The position numbers were made by a program, and so were the translations under genes. This document shows, piece after piece, positions 10,012 to 18,627 of a stretch of 64,000 nt of DNA. The number at the start of each line of letters is the position of its first letter. Position 1 is the first letter of the stretch. The stretch spans positions 29,352-93,351 of the forward strand of contig CAYPSW010000002.1 of assembly GCA_964413685.1 (NCBI GenBank), in the 5' to 3' direction. Origin of the DNA: an uncultured Chitinophagales bacterium (lineage in GTDB: Bacteria; Bacteroidota; Bacteroidia; Chitinophagales; S012-47). The notes under the pieces were generated by a model. The model searched no databases. It worked only from the letters and a program-made list of their open reading frames with translations, and had not been told where the DNA came from.

Positions 10012-10789
10012 TCTTTTTTTTGGTACATCTTACCAATTAATTGCACAGCCTTCTATTCAGAGAATTGATTCCTTAAGAGTCGATGCTACTGAAATATTCA
10101 CCGATCATTTAAATCATGTCTATCTGCTTACTCATGATGGCACTTTGAGCAGAAGAAATGAAAAACTACAGCCGGATTATGTCTATAGCAAAGTTGATTT
10201 TGGTATTCCTGATGACGTTGACCTGACCAACCCACTTCATTCGTTGGTATTTTACAAAAGCTTTCAGCAAATCATCATTCTCGACAATCAATTATCAGCC
10301 ATTGGCTCGCTTGATCTTGCAAAAGCCGGTTTATTTGATGTCAGTGCTGTTTGTTATGCAGATGATAATTCAGTTTGGGTGTTTGACCATGCTTTGAGAA
10401 AACTTGTTAAACTAAATAATAGCGGACAGATAGAACAGGAAAGTATAGATATTGGCTTATTGGGAATAGAAGTTAATATTATCAAAATCGTACAGAGAAA
10501 TGATGAAGTTTATGCGCTTGATCCTGATAAAGGAATCTTCAGATTTGACCGCTATGCAAGCTATAATAATCTTATTCCCATAAAACATATTGATGATTTT
10601 TGGATAGACCAGGATAGGCTGATACTGCTGAAAAATAATCAATTGAATCGCTTAAATTTGTTGACTTCTGTTCAAGACATAATGCCTTTCGATGAAATTA
10701 ATATCGACTTCAAGGACATTGCCATTGAAGCAGATCGTCTGTGGGTTCTGTATAAAGGATATTTGCTCCAGTTTCAACTTACATGGTAG
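9974..10789 (+). CDS. Hypothetical secreted protein, possibly a 6-bladed beta-propeller
   Basis: N-terminal signal-like segment (MVKIWQFILLTLNLFFG). About six quasi-repeats of roughly 40 aa with a hydrophobic strand pattern (HVYLLTHDG, SVWVFDHA, EVYALDPD, RLILLKNN, RLWVLYKG). It overlaps the lpxH 3' end by 38 nt. I recognise no family. Confidence 0.55.
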   Translation: MVKIWQFILLTLNLFFGTSYQLIAQPSIQRIDSLRVDATEIFTDHLNHVYLLTHDGTLSRRNEKLQPDYVYSKVDFGIPDDVDLTNPLHSLVFYKSFQQIIILDNQLSAIGSLDLAKAGLFDVSAVCYADDNSVWVFDHALRKLVKLNNSGQIEQESIDIGLLGIEVNIIKIVQRNDEVYALDPDKGIFRFDRYASYNNLIPIKHIDDFWIDQDRLILLKNNQLNRLNLLTSVQDIMPFDEINIDFKDIAIEADRLWVLYKGYLLQFQLTW

Positions 10790-10821
10790 GTTGAATCCAT
10801 CCATTCGTTTTTAAAAACGTT

Positions 10822-10829
10822 TAACTTTG
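10822..10829 (+). promoter_or_regulatory. Bacteroidota-type -7 promoter box TAACTTTG upstream of prfA
   Basis: Exact match to TAnnTTTG, ending 22 nt upstream of the GTG start of prfA. Confidence 0.45.
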
Positions 10830-10851
10830 TAAGCGTCAAAACTCAACTATT

Positions 10852-11934
10852 GTGCTTAATAAACTCGAAGCGATTAAGAATAGATTTATTGAAATCGGGA
10901 AGCTTATGATCGACCCTGTAGTTCTTGCCGATATGAAGCAAAGCAGGAAATTAGGTAAGGAATATAAGAACCTGAAACAGATTGTAGATGCTTATGAAAC
11001 CTATAAGAATATTCTTGATAATCTGCAGCATAATAAGGAGATGTCACGTACCGAAAAAGACGAAGAATTCAGAGCGTTAATTAAAAATGAAATTGATGAT
11101 CTATCAAATCAGAAAAAAGTAATAGAAGAGACAATTAAACAAATGCTGATTCCCAGAGATCCGGAAGATGAAAAAAATGTAATTCTCGAAATCAGAGCGG
11201 GTACTGGTGGAGATGAAGCTAGTATTTTCGCAGGAGATTTGTTCAAAATGTACATGAATTATTGTGATTCCAAGCATTGGAAGATGGAAATATTAAACGA
11301 GAGTCGGGGTACTGTTGACGGTTATAAAGAAATTGTAATAAATATAGAGGGAGAAGATGTTTATGGCGAACTAAAATATGAATCGGGAGTGCATAGGGTA
11401 CAGCGGGTTCCCCGAACAGAGACCCAGGGAAGAGTGCATACATCAGCTGCTACGGTAGCTGTGCTGCCTGAAGCAGATGAGGTGGATGTAGATCTTAGAA
11501 CTGACGATATCAGACGGGATACATACCGATCGTCAGGAGCAGGTGGGCAGCATGTCAATAAAACCGAATCAGCGGTAAGATTAACTCACTTACCTACGGG
11601 AATCGTTGTTGAGTGCCAGGAAGGCAGATCACAACTAAAGAATTATGAAATCGCATTGAAAATGCTGAGAACAAAGATTTATGAGAAAATGCAACAGGAG
11701 CACGATGCTTCCATAGCTAAACATCGGAAATCATTGGTATCAACCGGAGATCGTTCTGCAAAAATACGTACATATAATTTTCCTCAAGGAAGATTAACTG
11801 ATCACCGAATTGGTCTGACCATTTACAATCTGGATTTCATAATGCAAGGGAATATTCAGGATATTATTGATGCATTGAAAGTGGCCGAGAATGCCGAAAA
11901 ACTTCAATCTGGCGTTGATACTGGTAATAATTGA
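10852..11934 (+). CDS. prfA: Peptide chain release factor 1
   Basis: GGQ motif ([16 protein letters not shown]) and an RF1-type PxT tripeptide (PRT). 360 aa. GTG start. Confidence 0.96.
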   Translation: MLNKLEAIKNRFIEIGKLMIDPVVLADMKQSRKLGKEYKNLKQIVDAYETYKNILDNLQHNKEMSRTEKDEEFRALIKNEIDDLSNQKKVIEETIKQMLIPRDPEDEKNVILEIRAGTGGDEASIFAGDLFKMYMNYCDSKHWKMEILNESRGTVDGYKEIVINIEGEDVYGELKYESGVHRVQRVPRTETQGRVHTSAATVAVLPEADEVDVDLRTDDIRRDTYRSSGAGGQHVNKTESAVRLTHLPTGIVVECQEGRSQLKNYEIALKMLRTKIYEKMQQEHDASIAKHRKSLVSTGDRSAKIRTYNFPQGRLTDHRIGLTIYNLDFIMQGNIQDIIDALKVAENAEKLQSGVDTGNN

Positions 11935-11978
11935 TACCCACAGTAAAATTGATTCATTTACCTTAGTGATATTTCATA

Positions 11979-14459
11979 ATGAAGTATAAGTTAAGCCGCA
12001 TAGTTCAATTACTTAATCTTCCAGGCACTTTTAATGCAATGGATGATACAGGAATTAAGTGGCTTGCTGTGGATAGCAGGATGATTTTTGATCCTGCCCA
12101 TACTTTATTTTTTGCTTTAAAAGGCAGCCATACGAATGGGCATCAATTTATCAATGAATTGCTTAATAAAGGAGTGAAGTATTTTATAGTGCAGGAAGAA
12201 TTTAAAATACCCATTAATACTTCAGCTGTTTTCTTACAAGTTAAGCAGGTACTGAGTGCCCTTCAAACACTAGTTCGTTATCACAGAAATCAATTTCATT
12301 ATCCAATACTAGCTATTACAGGAAGCAATGGTAAGACTACTGTGAAGGAATGGTTAGTACAATTGTTAGGCTCTGAATATTTTTTAGTGTCCACTCCCAA
12401 AAGCTACAACTCTCAAATTGGAGTCCCCTTATCCGTTTGGGAAATGAATTCTAAACATGAGCTGGGTATTTTCGAAGCGGGGATTTCGCAAGTAAATGAA
12501 ATGGAAAAGCTTGAACAAATTATACAGCCTGATATCGGAATATTGACCAATATTGGGTCAGCCCATGATGCCTTTTTCAAAAATCGGTACGATAAAACAA
12601 GCGAAAAACTAAAGTTGTTTATTCATGCTAAACAATTGATTATTTCAATAGATCAAGTTAACTATGAGACAGCTATTGCTGATCTAAAAAAAATCAATCC
12701 CGATTTAAATCTCGTTAAATGGTCATATAAAGACAAAAGTGCTGATGTTTGGATTGAAATAATTTCAAAGGATAAGGGGTCAACCCAAGTTATAGCTCAT
12801 TTTCGGGGAAAAGATTACCCGCTTACACTGCCATTTAAAGAGATGGCTTTACTGGAAAATGCCGGACATTGTCTGACATTCGTACTCTTTTTTTGTAAAA
12901 CTCCGGAAAACATTTTTCCGCTCTTTGAATCCCTGTCACTTAGTCCATTGCGCCTCGAACTTAAGCCAGCAATTAACCGATCTACCTTAATCTATGATTG
13001 TTATAATTCCGACTTAAAATCTTTGGCATTGGCAATGAGTTTTATGAATCAGCAAGCCGGCAAACAAAAACGAACACTTATTTTTTCCGATATATTACAA
13101 TCGGGGAAGGAAGCCGAGTCTATTTATGCTGAAGTTATTGCTTTAATGGAAGAATATCATATCAACCGCTTCATTGGTCTTGGCAAGGAAATAAAATCGT
13201 GCAGGAAGCTATTCAATATAAAATTCGATTGTTCCTTTTTTGACAATACTGAACAATTGATTTCAGCATTAGGTAAGCTGAAATTTGATAATGAATGTAT
13301 TTTGATAAAGGGGGCACGTGCTTTTAAAATGGAAACCATTGGTCTGCAATTGGAAAGCATGGCTCACAATACTGTGCTGGAAGTTAATCTGTCAGCCATG
13401 GCTTATAATCTGAATTGGTTTCGCTCCAAATTGAATGACGGGGTACAAACTATGGTGATGGTAAAAGCGTCAGCTTATGGAAGCGGAATTCGGGAAGTAA
13501 GCCGCTTGTTGGAGTTTCACGGAATTGATTATATGGGGGTTGCCTATGCTGATGAAGGAATTATGTTACGAAATGAAGGCGTAAAAACACGCATCATGGT
13601 GATAAATAGTTCTTATGCAGACTTTTCTCATCTTTTAAAATATAGGCTGGAACCTGAGATGTATAGCATGAATCAGTTAAAAAGATTTATTGATTTTATA
13701 CCCGAAAATGAAGTATTTCCTATTCATTTGAAACTAAATACGGGGATGAATAGGTTGGGCTTTGATGAAACTGAATTGGAATCAGCTCTGAAGCTTATTA
13801 ACGCTTCAAAGGATGTAAGAGTTAGTAGTATATTGACACATTTAGCTGCAAGCGAAAATAAAAGTTTAGACGATTTTACACAGAAGCAGCTTGATAAATT
13901 TGAAAGAATGTGTTCCAAAATATCCAATGCACTTACCTATCAACCCATGAAACACGTGCTTAACTCTGGTGGGATTATTCGATTTCCTGAATATCAGTAT
14001 GACATGGTGCGGCTCGGTATTGGTCTATATGGAATAGACCCCACTGGTCTTCACCAGAATCAACTCGAAAACCTATTTAGTTTGCGTACTACAATTTCAC
14101 AAATAAGAATGCTAAACAAAGGGGAATGTATTGGATATAGTGCTAAATATATAGTGCCAGAAAGAACTAGAATCGCAACCTTATCTATCGGTTATGCCGA
14201 TGGTTATCCCAGAGCCCTAAGTCAGGGAAAAGGAAAAGTATTAATCAAAGGACAGCTTTATCCTATTGTTGGCAATATTTGTATGGATATGTGTATGATC
14301 GATTTAGGACTCAATGATGAAATCAATGAAGGCGATAGAGCCATTTTATTTGGGTCTGATCTTACTGCAATGCAGTTGGCAGATTGGGCCAATACAATCC
14401 CGTATGATATTTTCTCAGGTTTGTCTTCCCGAATCAGACGAATTTATTTTGAAGAGTAA
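11979..14459 (+). CDS. Bifunctional UDP-MurNAc-tripeptide--D-Ala-D-Ala ligase / alanine racemase (MurF-Alr fusion)
   Basis: 826 aa. The N-terminal half is a Mur ligase (P-loop GSNGKTT). The C-terminal half is an alanine racemase (PLP-lysine motif VKASAYGSG, later GYADGYPR). This fusion is a known Bacteroidota architecture. Confidence 0.9.
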   Translation: MKYKLSRIVQLLNLPGTFNAMDDTGIKWLAVDSRMIFDPAHTLFFALKGSHTNGHQFINELLNKGVKYFIVQEEFKIPINTSAVFLQVKQVLSALQTLVRYHRNQFHYPILAITGSNGKTTVKEWLVQLLGSEYFLVSTPKSYNSQIGVPLSVWEMNSKHELGIFEAGISQVNEMEKLEQIIQPDIGILTNIGSAHDAFFKNRYDKTSEKLKLFIHAKQLIISIDQVNYETAIADLKKINPDLNLVKWSYKDKSADVWIEIISKDKGSTQVIAHFRGKDYPLTLPFKEMALLENAGHCLTFVLFFCKTPENIFPLFESLSLSPLRLELKPAINRSTLIYDCYNSDLKSLALAMSFMNQQAGKQKRTLIFSDILQSGKEAESIYAEVIALMEEYHINRFIGLGKEIKSCRKLFNIKFDCSFFDNTEQLISALGKLKFDNECILIKGARAFKMETIGLQLESMAHNTVLEVNLSAMAYNLNWFRSKLNDGVQTMVMVKASAYGSGIREVSRLLEFHGIDYMGVAYADEGIMLRNEGVKTRIMVINSSYADFSHLLKYRLEPEMYSMNQLKRFIDFIPENEVFPIHLKLNTGMNRLGFDETELESALKLINASKDVRVSSILTHLAASENKSLDDFTQKQLDKFERMCSKISNALTYQPMKHVLNSGGIIRFPEYQYDMVRLGIGLYGIDPTGLHQNQLENLFSLRTTISQIRMLNKGECIGYSAKYIVPERTRIATLSIGYADGYPRALSQGKGKVLIKGQLYPIVGNICMDMCMIDLGLNDEINEGDRAILFGSDLTAMQLADWANTIPYDIFSGLSSRIRRIYFEE

Positions 14460-14900
14460 TTAAAGTCTGTAGAACTCTCTTTGAGTACCTCCTTTCTGAT
14501 GTTTGCTGGTTTCAGCCGAAATGTAAAGTTCAGAATCATTAACGCTGATTATCAACCACCTGGTAATATCTGGTTCCAGCGCCCATGGTGCATTGATTAC
14601 CTTAAGATTATCGAAATACAAATAATGGTTATCAATAGAGTTAGAGGTGGTATAGGTAAGGGTTGTAGTTGTGGAGCCATCTTCTTTTGCAAAGATCAAA
14701 GCCACACCATTTATAGTAATCGATAAGTTCCCGTTATCAAAATTCCATATTTCTATATAGCCGGGCTCTACAGGCATTCTTGTCCATGTTCCGGCAATTT
14801 TCTTATCCATGTTTTGCCAAACATAAGTGTGGCAACTTGTTGCATTAAACCAAGTGGCTAAAGCAAATAAAATAATTAAAAGTGGGGTAGTCCTTTTCAT
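14460..14900 (-). CDS. Hypothetical lipoprotein (lipocalin-like)
   Basis: Signal peptide with lipobox-like NATSC, a GTW motif, and beta-rich sequence. Its stop abuts the murF-alr stop convergently. Confidence 0.55.
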   Translation of the reverse strand: MKRTTPLLIILFALATWFNATSCHTYVWQNMDKKIAGTWTRMPVEPGYIEIWNFDNGNLSITINGVALIFAKEDGSTTTTLTYTTSNSIDNHYLYFDNLKVINAPWALEPDITRWLIISVNDSELYISAETSKHQKGGTQREFYRL

Positions 14901-15074
14901 AAGCCATATTTTAAGATTCTTTTAACAGAAAGCTGAAAGTAACAAATTGATTTTCAATTTTTCAAGGATTTCACTACTTCAGGGATGTATATATTTCTCA
15001 ACCAATAATGTCATTCGGTTTCAATATCCTGATTAATTTTAATTGTTACGTTATAACGATCCTGATGTTGCGGA

Positions 15075-16886
15075 TTAATTCAAGGAGTCTCCTCTTAATT
15101 GGCGATATCGTTTACGGGCCTCTTCAACGAAGATAGAACCTTGATGTGCTAAAATGATTTGCTCGTAGTAGCTTGTTGCTTTTTCTGGTTGATTAAATAG
15201 TTTTTGGTAGATGTCACCTAAAGTGAATAGGGCATCATCTTCAAGCAAATCACTATGGTCTGCAACAATTTTTTCAAGCATGTTGACAGCCAATTTAGGA
15301 TTATGTTGTTTAAGGTAAATTCTTGATTTTACGAAGTAAATATTATCAGTTAAGGAATGTTTTGGATAAAGAGATAAAATAGAATCCATTAATCGGATGG
15401 ATTCATCATCCTTATTTTGAAATTCAAGTAGATCGGCACGTGCAAATAATAACATAGGCATCCGAGTTGTATCCAGCCCGAGATGGTCAGTTATAAAAAC
15501 TGATAATTCAAGTGCATCATTGGCAATCAATTCAGAAGTTGAAGCTTTGAGTACATCTAATTGCGCTTGAGCCCATTCAAAATCTCCTCGGTAATATGAT
15601 AACTTTGCATTTTTATATCTGGCTATCTCGCCTAGTGGGGCATCTTTCATTTGTTTATCCACTTGTGAATAGAGCAATGTGGCCTCCCAGATATTTCCAG
15701 CCATCAGGAGATAATCTCCCAAATCAACCTTGCATTGCGAAATGAAGGAAGGATCACCGGCTTTCGCATCAATGATTGACTTAAGTATTGACACTCCCTC
15801 GTCAAGATGATGGAGAAACTTTGCTTCCAGATTGGCAAGATCTCGTTTCGCACGAGCTACCTGGCTCGGGTTACTCTCATATTTCATGATGAAAGATTTA
15901 TAGGCATTTTCTAAACCGGACAGATCTTCAGCATTAAAGTCATATTGATTAACTATTTTTTCATTACGGGCTGTAAGCTCGCCACGACTTCCTTCAAAAT
16001 TCATCGTCTGTCCAAAGGAGGGCTTTTGCAGTTCCAGATATGCTGAGATTGAAATATCCCAGGCTTGTTCTTTAAGTGCTGTTTCGGCAAATGATGCTAT
16101 TCGTTGTCCGTTATAGTGCATTCTTTTGTCGAGCGCTTTGACTTGACGAAATGCCTGAGCATAATCCTGCTTTGTTATCAGAACCCAAATTAGCATTTCT
16201 ATTAACGCTTCATTATCCTGAGTACCTTGAATTTGCTTGTAAATTTCTTTTTCTACAATATCGATATCTCCTGATTTTGTTAAATAGTTTTGCAGTAAAC
16301 GTTTAATGTTGTTTAGTTGTGCTGGATTTTCCTGAATATAATCAAGATATGAACTTACCATTTTCTCTATATCATGCAGATTTTTGTATGTATTGGCTAA
16401 TTCAAGTGAAAAAGAATAAGCTAAGTTTGATTCCTTGCCTTGCTGATAAGTTTTAAGCGCATATTCATATTCCTGATACATGTTGAAGGCATTGGCCAAT
16501 TGAATTATCTGCGATCTGTTTGGTTCAATGTTGCTCAGAACCTTTTCGTATTCTTCATTTCCTTGTTTTTCTTTTCCATTTTGAATTAAGAAATATCCCC
16601 AGTCAACATGATAAGAAGGGTTATCAGGATTTCTTTTGATCTGCTTTTTAATGAGCTTCGAAAGTTCCTTTTCCTGATGTAAGGCAAGCAAGCAATTTAG
16701 GTAATAGCGGTAGTAATAATTTGAGCTTGGTGTTTTCTCGAATAAATCTTTAAAAAGCACTTCTGCTTTTTCAAATTCACCATTGCTATAATACTGAATA
16801 GCGAGATTGTGATTCTGATTAGGTTGAGCGAATAAACCGTATGAGATAAACAGCAATAATGCTAAGACGGCAATACGACATTTCAC
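15075..16886 (-). CDS. Tetratricopeptide-repeat protein, secreted
   Basis: 603 aa. Signal peptide (VLALLLFISYGLFAQ) followed by many TPR-like helical repeats rich in Y/A/L/K. Confidence 0.78.
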   Translation of the reverse strand: MKCRIAVLALLLFISYGLFAQPNQNHNLAIQYYSNGEFEKAEVLFKDLFEKTPSSNYYYRYYLNCLLALHQEKELSKLIKKQIKRNPDNPSYHVDWGYFLIQNGKEKQGNEEYEKVLSNIEPNRSQIIQLANAFNMYQEYEYALKTYQQGKESNLAYSFSLELANTYKNLHDIEKMVSSYLDYIQENPAQLNNIKRLLQNYLTKSGDIDIVEKEIYKQIQGTQDNEALIEMLIWVLITKQDYAQAFRQVKALDKRMHYNGQRIASFAETALKEQAWDISISAYLELQKPSFGQTMNFEGSRGELTARNEKIVNQYDFNAEDLSGLENAYKSFIMKYESNPSQVARAKRDLANLEAKFLHHLDEGVSILKSIIDAKAGDPSFISQCKVDLGDYLLMAGNIWEATLLYSQVDKQMKDAPLGEIARYKNAKLSYYRGDFEWAQAQLDVLKASTSELIANDALELSVFITDHLGLDTTRMPMLLFARADLLEFQNKDDESIRLMDSILSLYPKHSLTDNIYFVKSRIYLKQHNPKLAVNMLEKIVADHSDLLEDDALFTLGDIYQKLFNQPEKATSYYEQIILAHQGSIFVEEARKRYRQLRGDSLN

Positions 16887-16913
16887 ACTGGATGTATATA
16901 AAGGTTAGCAGAT

Positions 16914-16948
16914 AGAAAACCGCAATCCGGAATGGGCGGATTGCGGTT
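16914..16948 (-). terminator. Rho-independent terminator after the tonB-like gene
   Basis: 12-bp perfect stem AACCGCAATCCG/CGGATTGCGGTT with a 7-nt loop, followed on the minus strand by a T-run. Confidence 0.7.
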
Positions 16949-16969
16949 ATTTGATATCTTATATTGAAA

Positions 16970-17782
16970 TTATTGTAATTTAAATTTCACCGGCATTTGG
17001 AAATATACCGAAACAGGTCTACCTCTTTGTTTTCCCGGTGACCATTTTGGAAGTGTTTTGATTACTCGCAACACTTCTTCGTCACAACCTCCTCCAATTC
17101 CACGAAGAATTACGGGATCACGTACCTGACCATTTTCTCCGACAATAAACTGAACATAGACGGTACCTTCAATATTGTTCTCCTTAGCCATTTGTGGATA
17201 GCGAATATGTTTATTCACATAGTTGCGCAAGGCAGTTTCTCCTCCTGGAAATAAAGGCATCTGCTCTACAATTCTGAATACCTTAGGCTGAACAGGTTCT
17301 GGTTCCGGTGGTGGAGTTGCTAAATCAGGCAAAGGCTGGTTGTCTTCCATTTCTAAATCAGGCAAATCGAAAATCGGTTCTTCTTCTTCAGGCTCATCCT
17401 CAATAACCTGTATTTCTGGAGGAGGTGGTGGTGGTGGAGGAGGAGGTGGTGGTTGCTTCGTTACGGGAGGTTCAATCTCCATTTCTTCCTGAAAGGAAGT
17501 CGCAAATTCATCACCGTTAGTCTTTTGCTTTGGTGTATATCGAAAAGCAACAAGCAAAACGGCCAAAACAACTGCATAACTAATACGAAGAAATAAGCCT
17601 CTGAAATTTTCCAGATTTGCTTCCCAGTATTTTTTGATTCTGATTGATGAATTATCAGCAGAATCAGCATACTGTCCTTTGATCTTATTGGCCTTATTCT
17701 GACGAAACAATAAAATGGTTGTTACGATAGGCAAAACGAAAACCAAAGTGATCATTAGGATGTAATACATTGCAGGTGACAT
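16970..17782 (-). CDS. TonB-family energy transducer
   Basis: N-terminal TM anchor, a run of 12 prolines plus a P/E-rich spacer, and a C-terminal TonB domain (YPQMAKENNIEGTVYVQFIV...G). The ATG at 17782 (MSPAMYY) is preferred over the longer ORF, which would overlap the upstream gene. Confidence 0.8.
   Translation of the reverse strand: MSPAMYYILMITLVFVLPIVTTILLFRQNKANKIKGQYADSADNSSIRIKKYWEANLENFRGLFLRISYAVVLAVLLVAFRYTPKQKTNGDEFATSFQEEMEIEPPVTKQPPPPPPPPPPPPEIQVIEDEPEEEEPIFDLPDLEMEDNQPLPDLATPPPEPEPVQPKVFRIVEQMPLFPGGETALRNYVNKHIRYPQMAKENNIEGTVYVQFIVGENGQVRDPVILRGIGGGCDEEVLRVIKTLPKWSPGKQRGRPVSVYFQMPVKFKLQ
17417..17452 (-). repeat. (CCN)12 proline-codon tract inside the tonB-like gene
   Basis: Twelve consecutive in-frame NGG triplets on the plus strand, equal to 12 Pro codons on the minus strand. 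Confidence 0.9.
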
Positions 17783-17792
17783 AATAAATAAA

Positions 17793-18176
17793 TTAAAGGT
17801 TAAAATACAAAAGTCTATACAAGATGACTCCTGCAAAAGAGCCGATAATATTAGCCAAAATATCCAGCATATCAAAATATCGATCGGTCATAAACCCTAA
17901 TTGCAACAATTCCATGACAATCCCAAAGGAAATTCCGAAAACAATTGCAAATAATTCGGGTAAAAAACGCAGTACGTCAAATGTATATTGTTTACGTATT
18001 CCTATAGATGCAAGAAGTACCAATCCTCCATACATTCCGATGTGAGCTATCTTATCAGGGCTTATAATTGCAATCCAGCGTAGGCTTGGTAACGATCTTC
18101 CCGGTATCAGGGATAAGCAAAGAATTAACAGAGCCCAAAGTATAGTGAAGAGATTAAATCGGATTATGGAAGGCAC
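17793..18176 (-). CDS. VanZ-like membrane protein
   Basis: 127 aa with four hydrophobic segments and a VanZ-like pattern (PDKIAHIGMYGGL ... MELLQ). GTG start. Confidence 0.65.
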   Translation of the reverse strand: MPSIIRFNLFTILWALLILCLSLIPGRSLPSLRWIAIISPDKIAHIGMYGGLVLLASIGIRKQYTFDVLRFLPELFAIVFGISFGIVMELLQLGFMTDRYFDMLDILANIIGSFAGVILYRLLYFNL

Positions 18177-18195
18177 ATAAACTAATTTTCAATAT

Positions 18196-18576
18196 TTATG
18201 CTCCTATTAGTTCAGCATAAGCCTCAGCATCAAGCATATCATCCAGTTCTTTTGGATCAGCAATTTTTATTTTTATCATCCACCCTCCTTCATAAGGATC
18301 TGAATTAACCGTTTCAGGCGCAGCTTCCAAAGCATCATTTAGTGCTAATACATGCCCACTTACGGGCATAAATAACTCTGAAACGGCTTTGACTGCTTCC
18401 ACGGTTCCGAATACATCATCTACTGCAAGATTTTGACCTACTGATTCAATTTCGACATAAACTATATCACCCAATTCACTTTGGGCAAAATCAGTAATAC
18501 CTACAAATGCATTTTCGCCTTCTACGCGTATCCATTCATGTTCACGCGTATATTTGAGCTTTTTAGGAATATTCAT
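18196..18576 (-). CDS. gcvH: Glycine cleavage system H protein
   Basis: 126 aa. Lipoyl-lysine motif [10 protein letters not shown] and an EHEW N-terminal motif. Confidence 0.95.
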   Translation of the reverse strand: MNIPKKLKYTREHEWIRVEGENAFVGITDFAQSELGDIVYVEIESVGQNLAVDDVFGTVEAVKAVSELFMPVSGHVLALNDALEAAPETVNSDPYEGGWMIKIKIADPKELDDMLDAEAYAELIGA

Positions 18577-18627
18577 TTTGATTTTTGATTTAGGCCTTAA
18601 AATTAAGTTAAAATTTGATTTTCAGCA

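Noticed and set aside
10806-10819. Perfect 14-bp palindrome CGTTTTTAAAAACG between the propeller-like gene and prfA; also CGTTATAACG at 15049-15058 and AATTGA-TTT-TCAATT at 14945-14959
   Set aside because: These are short, A/T-dominated palindromes expected by chance in AT-rich intergenic DNA. They are at best weak terminators, and they are not repeated elsewhere in the window.
11399-11420. RF1 tripeptide reads PRT rather than the familiar PAT/PVT
   Set aside because: The middle residue of the PxT motif is variable among RF1 proteins. The GGQ and surrounding regions are canonical, so there is no evidence of altered stop-codon recognition.
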